NCBI GenBank assembly: GCA_943704425.1
Contig: CALSCP010001478.1
Span: forward strand, 3,004-67,003
Direction of reading: 5' to 3'
DNA: 64,000 nt
Source of the DNA: Ministeria vibrans ATCC 50519
Lineage: Eukaryota > Protista > Filasterea
The position numbers were made by a program, and so were the translations under genes. This document shows, one piece after another, positions 39,301 to 51,711 of the stretch. The notes beneath the pieces were generated by a model. The model was not told the DNA's origin. It saw only the letters and a program-made list of their open reading frames with translations, and searched no databases. Each line of letters begins with the position of its first letter. Position 1 is the first letter of the stretch.

Positions 39301-40240
39301 CAGCTTGGATTTCGGCACCTTGATCTGCAGCGTGGCCGGAGACCCTTCGTCGTCGTCGTCGTCGTCGTCGTCGTAGTCGTCGAGGTTTGCCGACGCATCC
39401 CGTTCGGCGCTGTTGCTACCGCCCGTCTCGCTTTCCGGCACAATACGAAAGGCCATCTGGTCGCGCTTGCCCTGCTGCGACACCCGAAACATGTTCTGCC
39501 CTGTCGGCGTAATGCTGACGTCGTCGGCCAGACGAATGCCCTCAAAGTGGCCGGCCTCGTCGATCTCGGTGATGCTGCGGGGCGAGACGGTACACCAGCC
39601 CGACAGGCGATCGAGAACTGAGGTGGCGGGTGCGTCAGGAACGGCATCGGACGCTTGCGACCCTTCCGCCTGCACAGCACCGCCCTCCGCCTCGACAGAC
39701 TCGGCGGACTCCAGACTGGACGAGACGGGCGGTCGCTGCGACATGCTACTGGGCAGCGTGGACAGGGTCGTGCTGAGAGCGACAGCGTCGCCGCCTGTGC
39801 TTTCACGCCGGTTCATTCGTGCGCCCTCTTCGTCAACCCTGCGCCATTGGAGGAGCGTTCAAGAGATACAAGCGGTGAGAAGGGATCAACGAAGCACAGC
39901 CAAGACGTGCTGGCGCGAGGCAAGGACACAGCGAAGCGGCAAAGGAGCCGGAAAGAGGGAAGTGGAAACAATTTTTCTTTCCGAGAAAAAAGATTGATTT
40001 CTCGTCAAAAAAAAGTCGGTCTACAATGAAATAGGAGACGCGAGCAACACACAGCGGCACGTACCAGACCCAGGTGAGATGGGTGTTGTCAAGGAAGAGC
40101 TTGGCAAGGCACCATTTGCCCTTTTTCAAACCCATCATTTTGCGTTTGGTTTCGCGGCGAATGAAGACGCGCCCATGGATCGGCACAATGTAGTCCACAT
40201 ACGTGGACACGGAGTGCGCCGGGTCGAGAGTGTGGACCAT
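33253..40240 (-). CDS. STAND NTPase, Apaf-1/NLR-like: PH - helical bundle - NB-ARC - helical domain - ~14 WD40 repeats; 2 exons (40240-40065, 39838-33253), ~2253 aa
   Basis: Walker A GPAGSGKTT (37807-37833), VFPDGVIWIDVGK, Walker B LLVLDGVWE (37582-37608), sensor LVTVRD, winged helix LPSDVVDMLW..LLSRQLV, YLANLVRH..LFDASWLQERV, and repeated GH...SG..D.T.RVW WD40 units. A phase-2 GT-AG intron joins the upstream exon in frame. Confidence 0.88.
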
Positions 40241-40767
40241 ACAAGGCAAATAAATGATTTATTATTTTTTCATTTTTGATTTTTCAAACTATTCACACTA
40301 TATTTATAGTAACACATTCGCGATCGTGCGGCCTAGAATGGAAGGCTAGGCGCATCAACGGCGTGGTGTGAACTGTAGAGTGCCCACGTACAAGTCGCAG
40401 AGCCTCTCGTCCGTCCAAGTCTGCATCAGACGAATTATTGTCATTGTGACGTTAATTCTCTTGAGATGAGAGTGTCACTATTCACACACACACACACACT
40501 CATATTGTCGTGGCACCACTGGTCCACAAGAGTCCCTTGAGTATGTCTAATGTCTGTCAGTGGGTGACACAGGCGAGATCGGAGTCATAAGCGAGATCAG
40601 AGTGTGGACTACTACTCATCAGTGGATTACTTCGCTATATTATGTGCTTTTCTTCTTCTTCTTTTTATTTTTCTTCTTTTTTACCACTGCTCCTTCTACT
40701 ACTACTTGTTTTTGTTGTTGTTGTTCACGTGTAGATTGTTACATTCAAAATTCTCTCTAGTGTGTCT

Positions 40768-43700
40768 TCAGTGCCTCGTCGAAGACCCCACCGCCTTGGG
40801 CATCTTCTTGCCGAGAGCCTCTTCAATATCACTCTCGCCATAGTAATGAGGAGCAACCTGAACACACAAAAAAAAAAAGTAAATGATCAGTCAAACACAC
40901 ATACACACACACACACACTGAAAAAAGACACTCCGTCACTCACCTCGACGAGCCAACGCGGATCAATTTCGATAATCTGGCGACAAAACTCCTTGGTAGT
41001 GAAGACAAGTTCGTGGTAGACGACGTAGCGCGGCTGTTCGTTGAAGAGAGCGCTCGTTGGATGAATGTGCACCTGCTGCTGGTTCTTCACCGTCTTGTAG
41101 GAGCCCTTGCTGAGACGCGCCGTGTTGTAGAAGAAGCCGGCAGTGACCGCCTTGCGCACGAGCGTCATATCCTGCGTGGTGCTCGGCTCAATCTCCACGC
41201 GCTCCATGAGCTGTGCCAGCTGTTCGCGGACGTCTCTCGCGCGCTTCATCGAGCGGTGCTGGATAAAATTTTCAAAGCACCACTGCGTCGAAAAGTCGGT
41301 GTCAAGCCAGTCGTTCCACACCTTGAGCAGCGTCATGTGGTCGCCGCCGGGCTGGTTGAAGGCAATGCGCGCGTTGTCGGCGTGCACCGCCTTGTCCTTG
41401 GGCCGGTAGAAAATGGCACTGCCCACCGACAGCATGGCGGCCACCGAGCACATCTCTTCGCTGCAGCCGTACTTCTCGCTGGCCAGCAGTGCCTTGCTGA
41501 GCATTGGGTCCAGGGGAAACTCGGCCATGCGCCGCCCGAGCCGCGTCAGCTCGCCCTTGTCGTTGAGCGCCCCAAGCGCATAGAGCTGCTCGAGCGCACG
41601 CACGAGCGTCTCAGCCGGCGGCGGGTCCATAAAGTCAAAATGGATGAGGTCGTTGATACCCAGAGATTTGAGCATGAGCACCACATTGCCCAGGTTGGTG
41701 CGCTGAATCTCGGGCACCGTGTTGGGCTCGAGTTCGTTCTGAAAGGCCCAGGCGGTGTACATGCGAAAGCACTTGCCGGCCGAGACGCGTCCGCCGCGAC
41801 CCGCGCGCTGCTGTGCGCTCGCCTGTGAAATGGGCGTCACCAGCAGCGACTCCATTCCCGTGCGCGGATTGTACGAATTCTGCTTGCTGAAGCCCGGATC
41901 GATCACGTAGACAATGCCGTCAATGGTGAGCGACGTCTCGGCAATGTTGGTTGCAAGAACGACCTTGCGCGAGCCGGGCGGTGTCGGTTCAAAGATGCGC
42001 GCCTGCATATCCGACGGCAGGTTCGCATAAATGGGCGCAATGATGAGCTCGCCAATCTTGTTGCCCAGTCGCCGCGCGCGCTCCTGCAGGATCTCGGCGG
42101 CCGTATCAATCTCCTCCTGGCCCGTCAGGAAAACAAGAACGTCACCGGGCGGTTGGGTGACGTGGATCTGAAGGACAGTGACAATAGCGGCGTCGAGATA
42201 GTCGGCCTCGGGCGCCTTGGTGTAGTAAATGTCGACGGGGTAGCGCCGACCGGGGATGCGGAAGATGGGAGCGCCGTCGAAGAAGTCGGAGAACTTCTCG
42301 GCGTCGAGCGTCGCGCTGGAGATGAGCAGTTTGAGTTCGGGGCGAAAGCGAGAGATGTCCTTGACCAGGCCAAAGAGGACGTCCGTGTGAAGAGTGCGCT
42401 CGTGCGCCTCGTCGACCATCATGACCGAGTAGCTCGCGAGATCGGGCTCGCCAAGAAACTCACGCAGCAGCATGCCGTCCGTCATGTACTTAAGCACCGT
42501 ACGCTCGCTCGTGCAGTCCTCAAAGCGAATGCTGTAGCCCACTTCGTGACCCAGCTTGGTGCCCATCTCGTCTGCGACACGCGCCGCCACCGACATGGCC
42601 GCCACCCGGCGCGGCTGCGTGCACCCAATGATGCCCGCCTTGCTGTAGCCCGCCTCGTGCAGATACTGCGGAATCTGTGTTGTCTTGCCCGAGCCCGTCT
42701 CGCCCACAATGATGATGACCGGAAACTCGTGCACCGCCTCAATCAGCGCCTCGCGATACGAGAAGATGGGCAGCGACTTGCGCACCTCGTCGATGCTCAT
42801 GGCGTGTGCCTTGGCTCGCTCCTCGACAATGTCCTGCTGCGTCTTGCGCTCACCCGTGCCCGTCACGGTGTTCTGACCTTCGGTCGTCTCGCTGAGAATA
42901 AAGTCCACTTGGTCCTCAAAGACCAGCTCATACTGCTGCTCGGCCGCCGAGCCCGCCTGGCTCTTGGCGTCGCGCGCCGCAAACGACATGGTGGCTTTGT
43001 TGATCTGCTCCTCCTCCCACCGTCGCATCTCCGCACCGGGCGCCACATCCACATCCTGTGCATCAGGCTGCCACTTACGTGTGAGTGCCCGCTCGCGCGC
43101 TTCGTTGTTCGCCTTGCCCGTGTCCGTCACGTAGCTCTCGGGCATCACGTAACGATCAATGTTCTCCAGCTCGCGCGCCTGCTGGTGCTGCTTCGCCAGA
43201 TCCAACACGTGCCGTTTGTGCTCAATTTCCTCGCGTTCGCGTCGCGACAGCCGCTTGTCCTTGAACATGCGCTCCTCATCGCGAATGTCCTGTTCGAGCA
43301 GCTGCATCTCTTGTGCCGTGCGCTTCACCAGATACGACCGACGGCTCTCCTCGCGCAACCGCGGCACCAACTCCTCGCGATCTCGCTCGGCCATCTCCAA
43401 ACGTCGCGTGGCTTCCTCGGCCGCCGCCGCGCTCCCCACGGTCACACCCAACATTTTCGTGGCCGCCTTGTCCTTCTCGCGCATCCGCAAGGCAAACGCA
43501 TCGCGCTCCTCTCGATCCGCCTCGCGCTGTCTCTCGGCCTCATCCAGTGCCGCACGCTCCTCTGCGTACCGCGACTTGCGTTCGGGCCGTCGTACAACGG
43601 CGCTCGCGGTCGCTCCGCCGTCGTCGTCGCCGCCGTCGTCGTTGTCGTCGTCGTCGTGCTCGCGTTTGCGCAGTTGTCGTGATTTTGCTGTTTTATCCGA

Positions 43701-44114
43701 CTTGCTGCTCCTTGACGCGCCATTGCGGCCCTTGGCAGAGGAAGACGCGTCGTCGCGGTGCTTGGCAGAGGTGGCGCCGGCCGTGTCGTCGTCCTCGTCG
43801 TCCAGCATGCGATAGGTCGCATTTCGTTGGTACAGCAGCGACGCTCGCCGCTCCTCCTCGACACGCCGCTGTCGGGCCGCCGACGTCTGCGCCGACCCCC
43901 CGGCACGCGGCACGCGACCGAACAGGTCCTTGGCAAACTGTGTGGTGCGCGATGAGGCAGGCAGCATGTCGCTGGAGACGAGGGTGGACGCAAGAGCGCT
44001 GGGCGACGACGCACTTTGCGCCAGCGAACACACAAAATCAACAATCGTGCTCTCGCTCATTCCCGCAATCTCCTGAAGCGAGTCTGACACCCATGTACGC
44101 GTTGCGCGGTCCAT
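40768..44114 (-). CDS. DHX16: Pre-mRNA splicing DEAH-box helicase DHX16/Prp2, 2 exons
   Basis: N-terminal [68 protein letters not shown], and last exon VAPHYY..KKMPK. Confidence 0.96.
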
Positions 44115-44211
44115 CCTAAGTGAAGCTGCAAAAAAATATTTCAAATTTTCAATCATTTCAATCGACAATCATCATCATAATTATTTTTTCAGATGTTCAG
44201 TCATTTTATTC

Positions 44212-44920
44212 ATGAACCGTTTGATTACGCAGTGGCAACAGGCACGTGAAAGACGCGACAACATCTGTTCGCTTGGATCGCAGGCACTTGGAGCGGCCAT
44301 GAATGCTCAATTAGCGCGAGAGTAAGAAGTAGAGCGCATGTGAGAGCGCGAGAAAGAGAGAGAGTGTGTGATTGAAGTGACTGGTTTGCTTTTTCAGCCT
44401 TGCTGAAGTGGAAGAGGACGCGAGACGCGCCGAGAAGCTGTCTGCCGATAGCTTTTGCAAGGCTGTCGACTCGATGGAGCCGCTACGTCGAGTGCGCGAT
44501 GATTTGGTCAGTTTTTCATTAGGTCGTTTGTGCTAACGTTTGTCTGACTTGCGCGTCTGATTATCTCGTTAGGTGGCCGTTTGCAATCGTCTGGAAGAAC
44601 TCTGCAACAAGATGGCGGAGTGCTCAGAGAGCACGGCACACGAGTCGGTTGATGCCGAACAGCTTGGTAGGGAACTGCAAAATTGGGAGAGACTGTCAAC
44701 TGACTGAGCGTTGTGTGTGGCAGTCGCCATCTTTCGTGCGTGTGCCAATGGATTCTGGCTGGATGCCAAGATGCGCATTGCTATTCTTGACAATGTCGCC
44801 TCTGTGCGAGACCGCTCTCTTTTGAGTGTTCACTTGTCAGCGTGGGCCCATGCGCCCTGTGTGGACGAAGAGGCGCTTGCACGTCTCAGCCACATCCTTG
44901 CCATGGCGTCGACGTCGTAA
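44212..44920 (+). CDS. CINP: CINP/C1orf109-like small helical protein (~170 aa), 4 exons
   Basis: Exons 44212-44321, 44398-44506, 44573-44666, 44724-44920 splice in frame through GT-AG. The C-terminus RIAILDNVASVRDRSLLSVHLSAWAHAPCVDEE resembles CINP KRTVAKELAHTGDPDLTLSYLSMWLHQPYVE. Confidence 0.6.
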
Positions 44921-45519
44921 TTAAGGTTCCATTCTCAGCTCATTTTCCCCGAGAGAGAAAAGACCCTTATTCCCTTTAAGGAACCGCGGACGGGTTCAGC
45001 GGCATTGACGACGCACAATATTTATAGTAATGTAGCACACATACCAAAATAAAGTTGTATAAAAATGATGCCTTTCTTTTACATTCCCCAGTGTTAGTTA
45101 CAGCTGTGACGTGTTTGAGGTTGTACGGCTGCATTTACTCTTATAGCATCGCCCACAGAATAGTGACCAATTCAAACTTTCTGAGAGAGACACGAGAGAG
45201 ACAACGATCGTAATCTTGTGCTACGTACGGGTTCTGTGGCGTGAGCATCATCCACACAATACATGCAACGCATTACTCTATTGAGTATTGAGTATTGACG
45301 AGGAGCCCAAGCAGGATACACATTCACATGTACTCAGGATCAAACGATTTTTGAATTGAACAATAAGTGAACAACAACATTACAAACACAACACTAAAAT
45401 TAATACTGATTCAGAAATTTCAGATTTTCACTTGTGCCCAACACTTTCCCCACTCTCTCGGCTTGCCCGTTTCCCCCCTCCCTCCCTCCCAAAGACTCTC
45501 CGTGACACTTGGCGGCATC

Positions 45520-48500
45520 ATGTAAGTCAGTGCAGTCTCACTCCCCACACCCACACACCCCCTGCCTGTCGTCGTTCGCGGGTGTTCGCAAGTACTCAAT
45601 CACCCCCGTCTTGGTTGCTTGCCCCGCCCGACACGCCCTCTTGCCTTTGCGCTGAGCAACGAGAGAGGGAAAAGAGCCCATCATTTCGATTTCGCTTCTC
45701 CTTTCATATGAAAGGGCTCTTCCCACGCCCTTCCACAGCCCCCCGACTCGCCCTCTCCTCCCCGTGACACGTGTGGGCGTCCGCAAGAGTAGCGCACTCT
45801 TAATGCAACTGCACACAATGTCATAGTAATTGTGTGTTTAAGGTTTCCTTTCCTCACTCCTTTTGTCTTCTCTCTCTTCTTTCCAGGTCCGCCCTTGTCG
45901 AGTTTGACTTTGAAGGCGAAGAGAAGAACGACTTGCCGCTGAAGGTGGGCGACGTCGTGACTGTTCAGGGCGATGTAAGTGACCAGAACGTTTTTTCTCC
46001 TTTCAACTTTTTTTCACCCGTTACTCTCTTCTCTCTCTCTCTTTCTCTCTCTCTGTCTCTCTCTCTCTTTCTCTCGCTGCACTCCACGTATTGCGTAGGC
46101 CGGCGACGGCTGGCTTGTGGGAGAGTGCAATGGCAAGCGTGGCTCGTTCCCCGCCGCGTATGTGAAGATGATCGACTTGCAGGATGAGCCGGCGACGGGT
46201 GAGGAGGGGCACGACTGCCCGGCCGACACACCGAATTTGCCCGAACCGCCTTTTGCCGGACCCTGTCTTCTCGCCGAGTTTGATTTCCAGTCTACCAGTG
46301 ATCTTGAGCTTTCATTGAGTGATGGTGAATTCATTCGCTTCATTCGTCGCATCGACAGCGAGTGGCTCGAGGGCGAGCGCGCCGACGGCAGTCAGCGTGG
46401 TTTGCTCCCGGCCGCTTACGTCGTCGTCCTGTGCGATATTCCTGCCGAGACAACTTCCTTCACGCCCGCTGCTCTCTCTCTTTCGTCGACTCCCAAGGAG
46501 ATCAAAGAGGAAGCGTCCGCTCCATCCGAAGCTGCAGCACCCAAACCGGCCGCCAAACCGAAGCCAGCATTAACCGCCTCAGTCACCCCATCGCCCCGTC
46601 CTCAGCCAGCGCCCAAGCGCACCAATACCAAGACAATCTTACAAGTGGAGAAAAATCCAACAGGGACAGAAGTGGCCACTGGTACGGCGGAAGAAGCACC
46701 CATCCACTCCACGCCGACCCCCAAACCTCGTGTGTCGCCCGCACCCGCACCCGCACCCGCACCCGCACCCACCACTACCACCCCCACCACCACCACCTCT
46801 TCTATCACTGCTCGTCCCGCTTCCGTCGCCGTCGTTGCGCAGTCTATTGGCCCCAAGCCAGGTACAGCACCTCCAGTGGCGTCCAAGCGCTCTCTTCGCC
46901 CCAAACCCGTTCCCAAAAGCAAACCTGTCGTCGCAAAGAAGCCCCCTACACCCGCTCCCGCTCCCAAACCTGCCATCAGAGAAAAGCCCAAAATAACCTC
47001 CGTTGCGGTGGAAGACGCAGCAACAACGGCACCGCCACCAACAGCAGCAGCATCCGAGCCGTCTACGGCAGCAGACCTTTCCACTCATACAAGCACAGCT
47101 CAAACATCGATCGTATCCGCCTCGACAACACCAGCAACCGTATTTTCCGTCACGGCACTCTTTGACTATGATTCGGAGGAACCGAGTGACTTGACATTGC
47201 GTCAGGGTGACATTGTGGATGTGTTGCAGGTGTGTGAGGGGGGGCTCTGGTACGATGGCTGCGTGCGTGGCCACGCGGACATCCGAGGGCTGTTTCCCGT
47301 CACGTTTGCATCCGCACCTATCAGCGAAGAGGAGGTTGATGACATTGACGACGATGACGACGATGATGCCAAGGCTGTTGTCGGTGATGATGTTGCCGTC
47401 ACTGTGGTGTGTGTGTCGTCGCCCGAGATGAAGCGCAAGGCTGCTACTGCTGCAAGTACGCGTGTCAAGGCGACCGCGACAGCGGCAGAGCCGCCTGTTG
47501 TTTCAAAAAAGTCGCAAGCCCCATTACCACAGCCCAAACCGTCAGCACCAAGCTCCTTTTCAACTCCACCCTCGTCAATGCCATCCTCTGCTTCTGCCTC
47601 ACCGCGACCCATGCCACGCCCCAAACCGAAACAGCGCTCAGATGCAACAACGACTGCTGCCACTGCCGTTCCGTCAGCAGTCAACGAGGACGAACAGCAG
47701 TCGCAACAGCATTCCACCTCGTCGATGCCGGTTGTGCCGCCGTCTGTACTCGAGCGTGTATCCGAGGAAGACACGCACGAGGCGGCCGACGGTCTCATGT
47801 ACGTCGCAGTGGCGACCTTTGTTGCCGAAGATGACGATGAGATCTCATTCACGACCGGCGAGCGTGTTCGTGTTGTCGAAGTGGTAGACGCCGACTGGAT
47901 GCGCGGCTCGCGTGCCGACGACTCCACATGCCGACTGGGACTGTTTCCCTCCAGCTTTGTTACGATCGAGACGACAGTGACGTCGTCGCCTGCGCTGGCG
48001 CATCGCAACAACAGCACCGACCAGAAGAAATCGAAAATGCCGCGTACCGCCTCGGCAAGCTCTGCCTCTAGCGTCGGTATGGTTACTGGCAACGACGCTG
48101 ACGATCTCACGAAAGCGGTCGTGGTCTTTCCGTTTGTGGCCGAGAATCCGGGCGAACTCACGCTGGTGGATGGTGAGAAGATTCACATTACGCAGCAGCT
48201 TGACGAGGAGTGGTACGAGGCGCGCACGGCCGATGGCACACTTGGTGTTGTCCCCATTGCCTTTGTTGAGGTGCTTGAGAATGCCTCCACGCCCACCGCC
48301 GCCTCGAGTGTTGAAGACATTGCTGCACAGGCGGCAGCGTCGGTCGGCGCTACAACCGGCTCCAAACCGCACGCGTCCTCCTTCTCGTCTGTCTCGTCAA
48401 GCACCACGCCCAGTGCGACGCCCCCATCTAGCCGTCACGCTACGCCTACGCCACATGCTCGCCCGCGCACGATGACACCTCAATCGTCGTTAAGCACCGC

Positions 48501-51271
48501 CTCGTCACCACTCTTCACCAAGCCCCTTACTTCCGTTGCTTCCAACTCGTCCGCGTCGTCCTCTTCAGCGCCGTCACGTCGCATTTCTTTTCCCAAACGC
48601 AAATCTAGCACACGCCCTACCATCAGCATTGTCTCGGCTGCGCCCATGGCTGACTCGCCCACCCCTGACTCACCCTCGTCCACCACCTCGTCTACGTCGT
48701 CGATGCCCACCATGACCGCCCAGGAAAAGCAGCAAAAGCAACGTGCCAACGTCGTCAAGGAGCTGATCACGACCGAGGGGGCCTTTGTCGATGATCTGGT
48801 GCTCATCAAAGAGGGCTACGTTGACCGCCTGCGCGCCGACAACGTCCGTGGCATTGACATCCGTGTCATCTTTGCCAACGTCGAAGATGTTCTCATCACC
48901 TCACAGAAACTGTACGCGGCTCTTTTACCCGCACTCGACTTGCCTCCTTACGAGCAACAGATTGGCGAGTGTTTCATTTCTTTGGGCGAAGAGATCAAGA
49001 CAGCCTTTGCCATCTACGGCAGTCACAACGACGATGCTAACGAAGCAGTGATGGTCATCATGAAGGCCGGAGGGGCTCCAGCGCAGTATCTGGTACGAAA
49101 AGGCCATTATTAATATTCGACTGATCACTGTCTGTATGGACACTCGCTCACTCACACATCATGATTGTGTAGACGGAGAGACATCAAGAGATTCGCGCAC
49201 AGACCAATGTGTGGGATCTGAACACACTACTCATTCGTCCGGTCCAACGACTTCTCGTATGATTCTTTCACTAAGCAATGACCGGAAGTTTGAAATTCTT
49301 TGTTTGTCTGTGTCTGTCCGTGTGTGTGTTTTCCTCCAGAAATACCCATTGTTGCTTGCGGAACTGCTCAAGGCGACGCCTGAAGACCATCCCGACCGAA
49401 ATAACATTGTGGCGGCTCTCGACGTGATCAAAGAGGCGGCGCAGGAAATGAACGAGTCAAAGCGACGCAAAGAGGTATGTCTAAAATTGTGAAACAGACG
49501 AATGTGAATTGATTTCGTCCCTCTTTTTTTTTGTAGTTGGTCACGAAGTACACTGGGAAGGAACAATCGAATAGGTATTTGCAAATGCTTCACACACACA
49601 CACACACACACACCATCTAATGTATTGTACTCTGTCTATTTGTCGTGTTTTTCAGTTCACTGTCGTGGCGATCAGTGCGCAAGAAGGGCGGGCGGTTAGT
49701 GCAGTCGACATTGAGCAAAATTGGAGCAGCGGACCGGACGGTTGACCGACACTTTGAAGAGGAAGAACAACGATTCAGGGCATTGGACAAGGCATTGCGC
49801 GCACTAGGGAAGAACGTCGATGCGCATTTGGAAGGAATCAAAGAGGAGCTGTCTGCGCAGGTAGAACTGGCGCAGGCCATTTGTGATTTATACAGTGATC
49901 TTCCGGTACGCGCAGTTTGTTATTATGGAAGCTGTGAGATTGACTTATCCGTTGTATGTGATGATAGGGAGACGCAGGACAGGCACTTAAAGCCGCAGTT
50001 AACGGGATACAGCGCAACGTTCTTCGTGACTATGAGTCCTTTTTGGCCAGTCGGTACGTGACACTCAAGAGATAGAGAGCGTGAGAGAAAGCGAGAGTCA
50101 GCCGAGTGTGTATTGATAATAATTTATTTTTAGGGTTACTCGTCCTTTGGAGTCACTCTTGGCGATGTTTAAGAATCCTATGGTTCTGATTGATAAAGTA
50201 ATGACGTCAGAGACATTGAGTTGTGAAGGAAGTTATTCATGTTTTTTTTTTTCTGCAGCGAAACAAGAAACTGTTAGATTATGACAATTTCAAGAACAGC
50301 GGAAGAGACGACGAAGAGACAACGCTGGCCAAGAACGTGTACAATGCACTGAACGACAAGCTGTTGGCGGAGCTACCGTCGTTCCGAGCGCGCTGTTGTC
50401 GGTTGCTTGTAGCAGTGGTGGCGTCGGTATGACACAGTGTGTTTATGTATGTGTGTGCATGTACGATGTGCTTGTGTGTATCCGTGTGACTGAGCGGGAC
50501 TGAGTTTTTGACTGAATTTCGTATCACTAAATCTTGCCGTTTACTCGTTTTTTTTTGCCTTGTTGCATAGTTGTTACATGCGTTCCGTCAGCTGCAGAGT
50601 GGTATTGTGAATGAGCTGAAGATGGTGAGTGCCGCACTGGCACCGGCGGCGAGTGGGTCGTCGTCGGCATCCCTGCTGGCCGCTGTGCCCACGGAGGAGA
50701 CGATGGAGGTGTTCCGTCGCCACATTGCTTATGCCGTCTCGCAGATCACCGGCATGACTATCATTCCCGCCTACTTCTCCAAAGTATTCGAGTCACAGAT
50801 TGGCAAGAACACTCTGGCGACATCTTCCTTCTCTGCTTCTCCGGCTGCTGTGAGTGCTGCGGGTCGTCGCTCCGGAGCAAACCGATCTGCGCCCGCCCGG
50901 CCCGGTCCTACACGTCCCACAGCGTCTGCACCATCTCAGAACCTTGTCCTTGTTGAGTTTGGTACGACGTCAACTTAATACGTATCATTTTATCTCTCAG
51001 TGTCTCACCCTCTCTCTATCACTTTTTTTTTCTCGCTTTGCTTCTCTCTCTATCACTTTGTTTCGTTTTTTTTTCTTTCTTTTTTTTTTCTGTCCCTCCT
51101 TCCTCTCCGTTAGACTACGACGCAGAGGCAGACACGGAGCTCACCGTGCACGCAGGCGACTCGTGTGTGCTCCAGCGCAAGTGCGATGACATGGGCAATG
51201 CCGAGTGGTGGCTCGTTGAGCTCAATGGTCAGTCGGGTTATGTTCCCGCTGACTTCTTTGCTCAATCTTGA
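45520..51271 (+). CDS. DNMBP: Tuba/dynamin-binding protein-like RhoGEF: 5 SH3 - DH - BAR - SH3
   Basis: Five SH3 domains (ALVEFDF, LAEFDF, ALFDY, VAVATF, VVFPF, each with W..G..P..[YF]V); DH QRANVVKELITTEGAFVDDL..IFANVE..LIRPVQRLLKYPLLLAELLKATP.DHPD..NESKRRKE; BAR TVDRHFEEEEQRF..KRNKKLLDYD..YNALNDKLLAELP; terminal SH3 GNAEWWLVELNGQSGYVP. Confidence 0.88.
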
Positions 51272-51452
51272 GTTCTTTTTCTTTTGTATAATGACATTTT
51301 TGCTACATTTTTTTTTCGAGTTTGATTCTTCTTTCCAAGTACAACACATACACTATAATACTTTATAAATGTCTCATTGTGTATACGAGAGGGTACAAAT
51401 AACAAACGCGTTACAATTCATAATCTCAACCACTCACTCATTGTGTGTGTGT

Positions 51453-51612
51453 CTCTCTATCCTTTGTTTCTTTCTCCTCTCTCTCTCTATCACTTTGTTT
51501 CTTTCTCTCTCTCTATCACTTTGTTTCTCTCTTTCTATCACTTTGTTTCTCTCTCTCTCTCTATCACTTTGTTTCTCTCTCTCTATCACTTTGTTTCTCT
51601 CTCTCTATCACT

Positions 51613-51710
<98 letters not shown>
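51453..51710. repeat. Same minisatellite, intergenic array of 6-7 units followed by (CT)n
   Basis: Repeated ctctatcactttgtttctctct. Confidence 0.9.

Positions 51711-51711
<1 letters not shown>

Noticed and set aside
33253-39816. Calling the STAND protein a true APAF1 ortholog
   Set aside because: No CARD, degenerate GxP/LHD motifs and bacterial-like repeats; orthology needs a phylogeny, so no gene symbol was given.
41013-44119. Long antisense ORFs (271, 509 and 268 aa) opposite DHX16; likewise 36820-38217 opposite the STAND gene
   Set aside because: Shadow ORFs expected from GC-rich codon bias; no recognisable motifs.
51453-51710. Regularly spaced short repeats resembling a CRISPR array
   Set aside because: Spacers are just variable (CT)n, not unique sequences; eukaryotic context and no cas genes.
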